This document shows, piece after piece, positions 13,935-20,665 of a stretch of 24,000 nt of DNA. This DNA is from Thermoleophilaceae bacterium. Its GTDB lineage: Bacteria > Actinomycetota > Thermoleophilia > Solirubrobacterales > Thermoleophilaceae. The stretch is taken from assembly GCA_036389295.1 (NCBI GenBank), contig DASVQB010000008.1, positions 77,674 through 101,673 on the forward strand, read 5' to 3'. The notes below the pieces were generated by a model. The model saw nothing but the letters and a program-made list of their open reading frames with translations, ran no database searches and was not told the origin of the DNA. Positions within the stretch are counted from its first letter, which is position 1. Each line of letters opens with the position of its first letter. The position numbers and the translations under genes are program-made.

Positions 13935-15392
13935 TTACCGGCCCGGGCTCGCCCAGTCGCGCGAGCGCTCGACCGCGCGCGCCCACTCGGCCAGGAGCGA
14001 CTCCCGCCGCTCCTCCGGCATGTCCGGCTCGTAGCGAGCGGCCTCGCGCCACATCGCGCGGGTGCCGGCCTCGTCCCAGAAGCCGGTCGCCACCCCGGCG
14101 AGGTAGGCCGCGCCGAGCGCGGTGGTCTCGGACACCTCCGGCACCACGACCGGCACGCCCAGGACGTCGGCCTGGAACTGCATGAGCCAGCCGTTCGCGG
14201 TCGCGCCGCCGTCGGCGCGGAGCTCCTTCATCGGCTCGCTCGACGTGGCCTCGATCGTGCGCACGGCGTCGACCGTCTGGTAGGCGATCGACTCGAGCGC
14301 CGCGCGGGCCAGGTGGGCGCGTCCGGTCCCGCGGGTGAGGCCGACGACCGTCCCGCGCGCGTACGGGTCCCAGTGAGGCGAGCCGAGCCCGGTCAGTGCG
14401 GGCACGAAGTAGACGCCGTCGTTGCCGTCGAGCGAGGCCGCCAGCTCCTCGGTCTCGGCGGCGGCGCCGATCAGGCCCAGCCCGTCCCGGAGCCACTGGA
14501 CCGCCGCGCCGGTGACGAAGACGCTCGCCTCGACCGCGTAGTCGGTCCGGCCCTCCACCCCCCAGGCGACCGTGTTGAGCACCCCCTCCCGCACCGGCGG
14601 CACCTCGCCGCCCGCGTTCTGGAGCACGAAGCTGCCGGTGCCGTAGGTGTTCTTGCCGAGTCCCGGCTCGTGGCACGCCTGGCCGTAGAGCGCCGCCTGC
14701 TGGTCGCCCGCGATCCCTGCCACCGGCACGCTGCCGCCGAACTCCGAGGTCTCGCCGTAGACGTGAGCGCTCGGGAGCGTGTCGGGGAGCGAGTCCGGCT
14801 CGACCGACAGGAGCTCGCACAGCTCCCGGTCCCAGGACAGCGACCGGATGTCGAACAGCAGCGTCCGCGAGGCGTTCGAGTAGTCGGTCACGTGCCGGCC
14901 GGTCAGCTTGAAGACGAGCCACGAGTCGACCGTGCCGAAGGCGGCGCTCGGGTCGACCCCGCCCTCGCGCACCAGCCACTCGATCTTGGTCCCGGAGAAG
15001 TAGGGGTCGAGCACGAGGCCGGTCCGCTCGCGGAAGCGCTCCTCGTGGCCGGCCTCGCGGAGCTCGTCGCAGCGGGCGGCCGTTCGGCGGTCCTGCCAGA
15101 CGAGCGCCCGGTGGAGCGGCTCGCCGCTCGTCGGCTCCCACGCCACGACGGTCTCGCGCTGGTTCGTGATCCCGATGCCGGCGAGGCCGGACCCGTCGAC
15201 GCCGGCCGCGTCCAGCGCCTCGCGGGCGACCCCGCGCGTGACCTCCCAGATCTCGCTCGCGTCGTGCTCGACCCAGCCCGGCCGCGGGAAGTGCTGCTCG
15301 AACTCGCGGTACGCGCGGCCGGCGATCCGCCCCTCCGCGTCGAACACGATGCACGTCGTGCCGGTGGTGCCCTGGTCGATGGCGAGGATCAC
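13935..15392 (-). CDS. glpK: glycerol kinase
   Basis: The match to GlpK runs end to end: ILAIDQGTTGTTCIVFD, GITNQRETVVAWE, ALVWQDRRTA, LDPYFSGTKIEWL, GDQQAALYGQ, KNTYGTGSF and LRADGGATANGWLMQFQADVLG. The GTG at 15392 overlaps the upstream stop (GTGA). Confidence 0.9.
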   Translation of the reverse strand: MILAIDQGTTGTTCIVFDAEGRIAGRAYREFEQHFPRPGWVEHDASEIWEVTRGVAREALDAAGVDGSGLAGIGITNQRETVVAWEPTSGEPLHRALVWQDRRTAARCDELREAGHEERFRERTGLVLDPYFSGTKIEWLVREGGVDPSAAFGTVDSWLVFKLTGRHVTDYSNASRTLLFDIRSLSWDRELCELLSVEPDSLPDTLPSAHVYGETSEFGGSVPVAGIAGDQQAALYGQACHEPGLGKNTYGTGSFVLQNAGGEVPPVREGVLNTVAWGVEGRTDYAVEASVFVTGAAVQWLRDGLGLIGAAAETEELAASLDGNDGVYFVPALTGLGSPHWDPYARGTVVGLTRGTGRAHLARAALESIAYQTVDAVRTIEATSSEPMKELRADGGATANGWLMQFQADVLGVPVVVPEVSETTALGAAYLAGVATGFWDEAGTRAMWREAARYEPDMPEERRESLLAEWARAVERSRDWASPGR

Positions 15393-16063
15393 CGGCGGGA
15401 AGCGTAGACGCGGGCGAAGTCCCGAAGCTGGCGGGCCCGGTGCAGGAAGCCGGCGGCCGTGCGGCCGGTCGCGCGGTGCTCGAGGTCGAGCTCCACCTCG
15501 ACCACCCGGAAGCCCGCGCGATGGGCGTCGACCGTCATGCCGATCTCCATCCCGAAGCCGTGCGCGAACGGCAGGACGGCCTCGAACGCGGCCGGCGTCA
15601 GGGCCCGCTGGCCGCTGATCGGCGCCCGCAGCTCCAGGCCCGTGAGCCGGCGGATCGCGCGGCCGGCGAACCCGAGGGCGACGCCGAAGCCGCCCCCGAC
15701 CCGCCGGGCGAACGCCGCCACCGCGACCTCGCCCTCGCCGCGCTCGAGCGCCTCGACCAGGGCGGCGAGCCGGCCGGCCGAGGCCCCGAGGTCCCCGTCG
15801 CACAGGACGACCGCCGAGAGTCCCGGCGCGCCGCGCAGCCGCTCCGCCCCGAGCGTGGCCGCGCCCCCCTTTCCGAGCCGCCTCGGCGCGCTCACCGCCT
15901 CGGCCCCACCCGCCCGCGCGACCGCGGCGGTGCCGTCCGTGGAGGCGTCGTCGGCGACCACGACGCGGGCTCCCGGGAAGGCCCGCCCGAGCGCGGCGAG
16001 CGTCTCCCCGAGGCGGTCGGCCTCGTCCCTGGCGGCGATCAGGATCCCTATTTCCCCCGACAC
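15389..16063 (-). CDS. GT-A fold glycosyltransferase (family 2/81-like); its C-terminal half resembles glucosyl-3-phosphoglycerate synthase-type enzymes
   Basis: It has ILIAARDEA..., ADDASTDGT and a DxD motif as CDGD. The segment PISGQRALTPAAFEAVLPFAHGFGMEIGMTVDAHRAGFRVVEVELD recalls the GpgS C-terminal region, from memory only. The start is GTG 16063. Confidence 0.65.
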   Translation of the reverse strand: MSGEIGILIAARDEADRLGETLAALGRAFPGARVVVADDASTDGTAAVARAGGAEAVSAPRRLGKGGAATLGAERLRGAPGLSAVVLCDGDLGASAGRLAALVEALERGEGEVAVAAFARRVGGGFGVALGFAGRAIRRLTGLELRAPISGQRALTPAAFEAVLPFAHGFGMEIGMTVDAHRAGFRVVEVELDLEHRATGRTAAGFLHRARQLRDFARVYASRR

Positions 16064-16111
16064 GACCGGTTATCGTGCCCCACGACAGAGCCGAGCGACC
16101 AGGAGGGTGCA

Positions 16112-16324
16112 TTGCCAGACGTCGAAGCCCACATCACCGGGACGGTGTGGAAGGTCGAGTGCGCGGTCGGCCAAGAGGTCTCGGAGGGCGACACCCTGGT
16201 CATCCTCGAGTCCATGAAGATGGAGATGCCGGTGGAGGCCGAGGACGACGGCGTGGTCAAGGAGATCGTCTGCGAGGAGGGCCAGTCGGTGGCGGAGGGG
16301 GACACGCTCGTTGTCCTCGAGTAG
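16112..16324 (+). CDS. stand-alone 70-aa biotinyl/lipoyl-attachment domain protein (BCCP-like; comparable to the small mycobacterial biotinylated protein TB7.3)
   Basis: The biotinylation motif ILESMKMEMPV sits in a hammerhead-type domain (GTVWKV...GDTLVILESMKME...GDTLVVLE). The TTG start at 16112 lies 5 nt downstream of a perfect AGGAGG (16101-16106). It is hidden in the 3' end of the 294-aa track ORF. Confidence 0.8.
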   Translation: MPDVEAHITGTVWKVECAVGQEVSEGDTLVILESMKMEMPVEAEDDGVVKEIVCEEGQSVAEGDTLVVLE

Positions 16325-17180
16325 CGCGTCCGGGACCGAGACCGAGACGGCCGCGGCCGGCGGCGGGCGCGAGATCGCGTCCGGCAAGCTCGTGCTCGAC
16401 GAGCCGGCCGAGCACGTGACCAGGATCCGGATCGTCAACCCCGTCAAGCGGGGGGCGCTCGACCACGAGATCCTCGACGCGCTCAGGGACACGATCCGCG
16501 GGCTGGAAAGCCGCTGCGTGATCATCACCGGCCACGACCCGGTCTTCTCGGCCGGCTACGACATCGGCAACTTCCCGGAGCACACCTTCGGCGGCGAGGC
16601 GGTGGCGTTCTCCGACGCCGCCGAGAAGCTGGTCGCCCACCCGTTCACCGAGGCGATCGAGGCGATCGAGGACTACGAGTACCCCGTCATCGCGGCGATC
16701 AACGGCCACGCGATCGGCGGCGGGCTCGAGCTGGCCATCACCTGCGACATCCGGATCGCGGCGCGCGGCGTGAAGATGGGCATGCCGCCCGCGAAGATCG
16801 GGCTGATCTACGCCTACACCGGGCTGCGGAAGTTCATCGAGGTCTGCGGGATCGGCAACACCAGCGAGCTCTTCTACGTCGGCCGCAACGTCGACGCCGA
16901 CCGCGCCTACGAGATGGGCCTCGTGAACCAGGTCGTCGAGCCGTCCGAGATCGAGGAGACGGCGGTGGCCGTTGCGGCCGAGATCGGCCGGAACTCGCCG
17001 CTCTCGCTGCGCGGCAACAAGGAGATCATGCGGACGCTGCGGCGCACGCTCGGCGGGCTGCCGGAGTCCGAGTCCCGCCGGCTCGTGCGGCTGCGCGAGT
17101 CGTGTTTCACGTCGGGCGACTTCGTCGAGGGCATCCGCGCCTTCGCCGAGAAGCGCCCGGCGCGCTGGAGCGGTCGCTAG
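16311..17180 (+). CDS. enoyl-CoA hydratase/isomerase (crotonase) superfamily protein
   Basis: Crotonase signatures are FSAGYDI, PVIAAINGHAIGGGLELAITCDIRIAA and GDFVEGIRAFAEKRPARW. The start is uncertain. TTG 16311 overlaps the BCCP-like gene by 14 nt, and GTG 16392 is the alternative. Confidence 0.8.
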   Translation: MSSSSASGTETETAAAGGGREIASGKLVLDEPAEHVTRIRIVNPVKRGALDHEILDALRDTIRGLESRCVIITGHDPVFSAGYDIGNFPEHTFGGEAVAFSDAAEKLVAHPFTEAIEAIEDYEYPVIAAINGHAIGGGLELAITCDIRIAARGVKMGMPPAKIGLIYAYTGLRKFIEVCGIGNTSELFYVGRNVDADRAYEMGLVNQVVEPSEIEETAVAVAAEIGRNSPLSLRGNKEIMRTLRRTLGGLPESESRRLVRLRESCFTSGDFVEGIRAFAEKRPARWSGR

Positions 17181-17216
17181 CGGCCGAGGCGGCCGGCTCC
17201 ACCCCCGCGGATTAGG

Positions 17217-17243
17217 CGTCCGACCCCCTCCGTACGGTGCGCG
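17217..17243 (+). promoter_or_regulatory. conserved motif CGTCC-N-ACCCCC-N4-TACGGTG-N-GCG immediately 5' of, or overlapping, the bioB start; a second copy precedes bioA
   Basis: Direct alignment of 17217-17243 with 23151-23177 gives 21 of 27 identical positions. The motif contains a TAnnnT-type -10 candidate, TACGGT (17233-17238). Its function as promoter or operator is inferred. Confidence 0.35.
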
Positions 17244-18487
17244 GTGGCGTCCCGACGAGGAGGTTCGACCTGCCGCCGCTGATCAGCTACGACGAGGCGC
17301 TCGCCCTGGGCGAGCTCGAGGACCACGCCGAGATCGAGGCGCTCGTCGAGCGCGCGTTCCAGGCACGGCTGGAGCGGTTCGGCGACTCCACCGACATGTG
17401 CTCGCTCGTGAACGCCAAGTCCGGCGGCTGCGCCGAGGACTGCGGCTTCTGCGCGCAGTCGCGCTACGCCGAGGCGGACACGCCGATGCACGCGATGATG
17501 TCGCCCGAGCAGATCCTCGAGCACGCGCGGGCGGCCGAGGCGGCGGGCGCCCACCGGTTCTGCATGGTCACCCAGGGCCAGGGGCTGTCGAAGCGCGACT
17601 TCCGCAACGTGGTCGAGGGCGCGAAGCTCGTCGCCGAGCACACGAACCTCAAGCGGTGCGTGTCGATCGGCCACATCTCGCGCGACCGGGCGCGCGCGCT
17701 GAAGGAGGCCGGCATCCAGCGGGTGCACCACAACGTGGAGACCGCCGAGAGCTACTACGGCGAGGTCTCCACCACGGTCCGCTACGAGGGCCGGATCCGG
17801 ACGATCGACGCGGTGGCCGAGGCGGGGCTCGAGACCTGCGTCGGCGGCATCCTCAACCTGGGCGAGAGCCGCGAGCAGCGGGTCGAGATGGCGTTCCAGC
17901 TCGCGAAGCTGGACCCGACCAGCGTGCCGATCAACCTGCTCAACCCGCGGCCCGGCACGAAGTTCGGCGACCGCGACCTGATGGACCCGTGGGAGGCCGT
18001 CAAGTGGATCGCGATCTTCCGCCTGATCCTCCCGGGCGCGCTGTTCCGGCTCTGCGGCGGTCGGGTCGAGAACCTCGGCGACCTCGAGCCGCTGGCGGTC
18101 AAGGCCGGGCTGAACGGCGTGATGATGGGCAACTTCCTGACCACGCTCGGCTCCGAGCCGGAGGACGACCGGGCGATGTTCGAGGAGCTCGGGCTCAACA
18201 CCGCGCGCCAGGAGGACAACGGCGCCAACCCGCGGCCCGACAACCGCTCCGGCTGGCTGGAGGGGTCGTCGCCGGAGACGCCGGTGGACCGGCTGATCGA
18301 CCGCCAGGACGAGGCCCCGATGTGGGACCCGGCCACCCAGCTGCGGCACCGGAAGAAGGGCTACGTGCCGCCGCGGCCGGACGGCGCGCCGAACGCGTTC
18401 CCGCAGGTGGTGAAGGTGCCGGGACGGGCGGCCGCCGACCGGGCGCTCGCGGGCGGGGCGCCGGCGGCGGATCGGGAGGCCGCGTGA
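17237..18487 (+). CDS. bioB: biotin synthase with an extended C-terminal tail
   Basis: It has the radical-SAM CxxxCxxC motif as GGCAEDCGFCAQS, plus HRFCMVTQG, VHHNVETA, ETCVGGILNLGES and NGVMMGNFLTTLG. The track start is GTG 17237. An in-frame CTG at 17270 sits 6 nt after AGGAGG (17258-17263). The stop overlaps the bioF GTG (GTGA). Confidence 0.9.
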   Translation: MRGGVPTRRFDLPPLISYDEALALGELEDHAEIEALVERAFQARLERFGDSTDMCSLVNAKSGGCAEDCGFCAQSRYAEADTPMHAMMSPEQILEHARAAEAAGAHRFCMVTQGQGLSKRDFRNVVEGAKLVAEHTNLKRCVSIGHISRDRARALKEAGIQRVHHNVETAESYYGEVSTTVRYEGRIRTIDAVAEAGLETCVGGILNLGESREQRVEMAFQLAKLDPTSVPINLLNPRPGTKFGDRDLMDPWEAVKWIAIFRLILPGALFRLCGGRVENLGDLEPLAVKAGLNGVMMGNFLTTLGSEPEDDRAMFEELGLNTARQEDNGANPRPDNRSGWLEGSSPETPVDRLIDRQDEAPMWDPATQLRHRKKGYVPPRPDGAPNAFPQVVKVPGRAAADRALAGGAPAADREAA

Positions 18488-19797
18488 GCGACCTCGCGGA
18501 GGTTCTCGACGACCTCCGCGAGCAGGGCCTCCACCGGCGGCTGCGGCTCGTCTCCGGCCCCCAGGGCGCCCGCGTGCTGCTCGACGGCAAGCCGGTCCTG
18601 CTCCTGTGCTCGAACAACTACCTCGGGCTGGCGGACCACCCGCGCGTGCGCGAGGCGGCGGCCGACGCCGCGATGCGATGGGGCGTCGGCGCCGGGGCGT
18701 CGCGGCTCGTCTCCGGGAACATGACCGTCCACCGCCGGCTCGAGGACCGGCTCGCCCGGTTCAAGGGCTACGCCGCCTGCGTGCTGTTCGGCTCGGGCTA
18801 CCTCGCCAACGCGGGCACGATCGCCGCGCTCGCGCAGGAGGGCGACGTCGTGTTCAGCGACGCGCTGAACCACGCGAGCATCGTCGACGGCTGCCGGCTC
18901 GCGCGGGCGGAGACGTTCGTCTACGACCACTGCGACGTCGAGCACCTCGAGTGGGGCCTCGAGAAGGCCGAGGGCCGCGGCAGCCTGATCGTCACCGACA
19001 GCGTCTTCTCGATGGACGGCGACGTGGCGCCGCTGGCCGAGATCGTCGAGCTGGCCGACCGCCACGACGCGCGCGTGATGGTCGACGAGGCGCACGCCAC
19101 GGGCTGCCTCGGGTCGAGCGGCCGCGGCGCGGTGGCCGAGGCCGGACTCGAGGGCGAGGTCGACGTGCTGGTCGGCACGCTGGGCAAGGCGCTCGGGTCG
19201 TACGGCGCGTACGTGTGCTGCGACCGCACGATGGCCGACTTCCTCGTGAACCGGGCGCGCACGCTGATCTTCTCCACCGCGCTGCCGCCGCCGGCGGTCG
19301 CCGGCGCGATGGCCGCGCTGGACCTGCTGGCCGAGCAGCCCGACCGGGTCCGGCGGCTGCGGCGCAACGGCGTCGTGCTGCGCGAGGCGCTCGCCGGGCA
19401 CGGCGTGCGGGCCGGCGAGTCGGACACCCAGATCGTCCCGCTCGTGGTGGGCGACGCCGGGGCGGCGATGGCCGCCTGCGAGCGCGCGCTCGAGCGCGGC
19501 GTGTTCGCGCAGGCCATCCGGCCGCCGACCGTGCCCGAGGGCACGTCGCGGCTGCGGCTCGCGGTCATGGCGTCCCACACCGAGACGGAGCTGCGGCGGG
19601 CGGCGGGGGTTCTCGCCTCCGCCATACGCGCCGGTGCCGACCCCCTCGCGGCACCGGCGCCCGCCGCCCAGCGCTCCACGCCGGCCGACCGCTTCCGCGG
19701 CCGCGAGGCGGCGCGTGCGGAGCGCGAGGCGGCGCGTTCGGAGCGCGACCCGTCGCGCCCCTCGCGCGTCTACGACGGCCTGGCGGAGGCCGCGTAG
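18484..19797 (+). CDS. bioF: 8-amino-7-oxononanoate synthase
   Basis: BioF motifs are LLLCSNNYLGLADHP, GAGASRLVSGN, FGSGYLAN, SDALNHASIVDG, DSVFSMDGD, VDEAHATG and the PLP lysine context GTLGKALGSYG. It is the 3' part of the 941-aa chimeric track ORF. Confidence 0.9.
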   Translation: MSDLAEVLDDLREQGLHRRLRLVSGPQGARVLLDGKPVLLLCSNNYLGLADHPRVREAAADAAMRWGVGAGASRLVSGNMTVHRRLEDRLARFKGYAACVLFGSGYLANAGTIAALAQEGDVVFSDALNHASIVDGCRLARAETFVYDHCDVEHLEWGLEKAEGRGSLIVTDSVFSMDGDVAPLAEIVELADRHDARVMVDEAHATGCLGSSGRGAVAEAGLEGEVDVLVGTLGKALGSYGAYVCCDRTMADFLVNRARTLIFSTALPPPAVAGAMAALDLLAEQPDRVRRLRRNGVVLREALAGHGVRAGESDTQIVPLVVGDAGAAMAACERALERGVFAQAIRPPTVPEGTSRLRLAVMASHTETELRRAAGVLASAIRAGADPLAAPAPAAQRSTPADRFRGREAARAEREAARSERDPSRPSRVYDGLAEAA

Positions 19798-19808
19798 CCT
19801 CGCGCGGC

Positions 19809-20537
19809 CTGTTCGTCACCGGCACTGACACCGGCGTCGGGAAGACCGTGCTCGCCGCGACGATCTGCGCGGTCCTGGCGGCGCGCGGCCTGCGGGTGGC
19901 GGCGTTCAAGCCGGTGGTGACCGGGCTCGACGAGGCCGGCGAGGGCGCCGCCGGCGATCCGGAGGCGCGGGCGCCGGGCGGCGCGCAGCCCGCCGCGGCG
20001 TGGCCGCCCGACCACGAGCTGCTCGCGGCCGCCGCCAGCGCCGGCCAGGCGCCGGACGAGGTCGCCCCGCTCCGGTTCGGCCCCGCCGTCTCGCCGCACC
20101 ACGCCGCGGACCTGGCCGGCGCGCGCATCGAGCCCGCCGAGCTCGTCGCGACCGCCCGCGCGGCGGCCGAGCGGGCCGACGTGCTCGTCTGCGAGGGCGT
20201 CGGCGGGCTGATGGTCCCGCTCACGCCCGGCTACCTGGTTCGCGACCTCGCCGTGGACCTCGGCCTGCCGCTCGCGGTCGCCGCCCGCCCCGGGCTCGGC
20301 ACGATCAACCACTCGCTGCTCACGGTCGAGGCCGCCCGCGCGGCGGGCCTCGACGTCCGCGCCGTCGTGCTGACGCCCTGGCCCGCCGAGCCGAGCGCGA
20401 TGGAGCGGAGCAACCGCGAGACGGTGGCCGCGCTCGGCGCCGTCGCGGTCGAGGTCCTGCCGGCGGCGACGCCGGACCGCCTCGCGGAGGCGGGCGCCGC
20501 CCTGCCGCTCGACGCCTGGCTCGACCCGCGGTCCTGA
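19809..20537 (+). CDS. bioD: dethiobiotin synthase (ATP-dependent); the start codon is non-canonical or unresolved
   Basis: It has the P-loop FVTGTDTGVGKT, VLVCEGVGGLMVPL and GTINHSLLT. No ATG, GTG or TTG lies between the bioF stop (19795-19797) and the P-loop. The only near-cognate codon is CTG 19809. Confidence 0.75.
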   Translation: MFVTGTDTGVGKTVLAATICAVLAARGLRVAAFKPVVTGLDEAGEGAAGDPEARAPGGAQPAAAWPPDHELLAAAASAGQAPDEVAPLRFGPAVSPHHAADLAGARIEPAELVATARAAAERADVLVCEGVGGLMVPLTPGYLVRDLAVDLGLPLAVAARPGLGTINHSLLTVEAARAAGLDVRAVVLTPWPAEPSAMERSNRETVAALGAVAVEVLPAATPDRLAEAGAALPLDAWLDPRS

Positions 20538-20605
20538 GGCCCGAGGTCTGCGGCCCCGCGCGACGACCCGCGGCCCTGCGCGACGCTCCGCGGCCCTGAG
20601 GCTCG
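20526..20605. repeat. four degenerate direct repeats with a period of about 20 bp and core CCGCGGCCCTG(A/C)G, beginning on the bioD stop codon
   Basis: The copies start at 20526, 20549, 20568 and 20588. 20526-20540 (CCGCGGTCCTGAGGC) and 20588-20602 (CCGCGGCCCTGAGGC) match at 14 of 15 positions. 20549-20565 and 20568-20585 share GCGGCCC(C/T)GCGCGACG. Confidence 0.5.
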
Positions 20606-20617
20606 CCGCCCTGGCCC

Positions 20618-20650
20618 GCGCGCCCGCCCCCGGGCGGGGCCCTCGCGCGC
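20618..20650 (+). terminator. GC-rich stem-loop downstream of bioD; possible factor-independent terminator without a U-tract
   Basis: The inner stem pairs 20623-20628 with 20633-20638 (CCCGCC/GGCGGG). The outer stem pairs GCGCG 20618-20622 with 20646-20650. No T-run follows, so terminator function is uncertain. Confidence 0.3.
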
Positions 20651-20665
20651 CTTAAGCTTCCCCCC

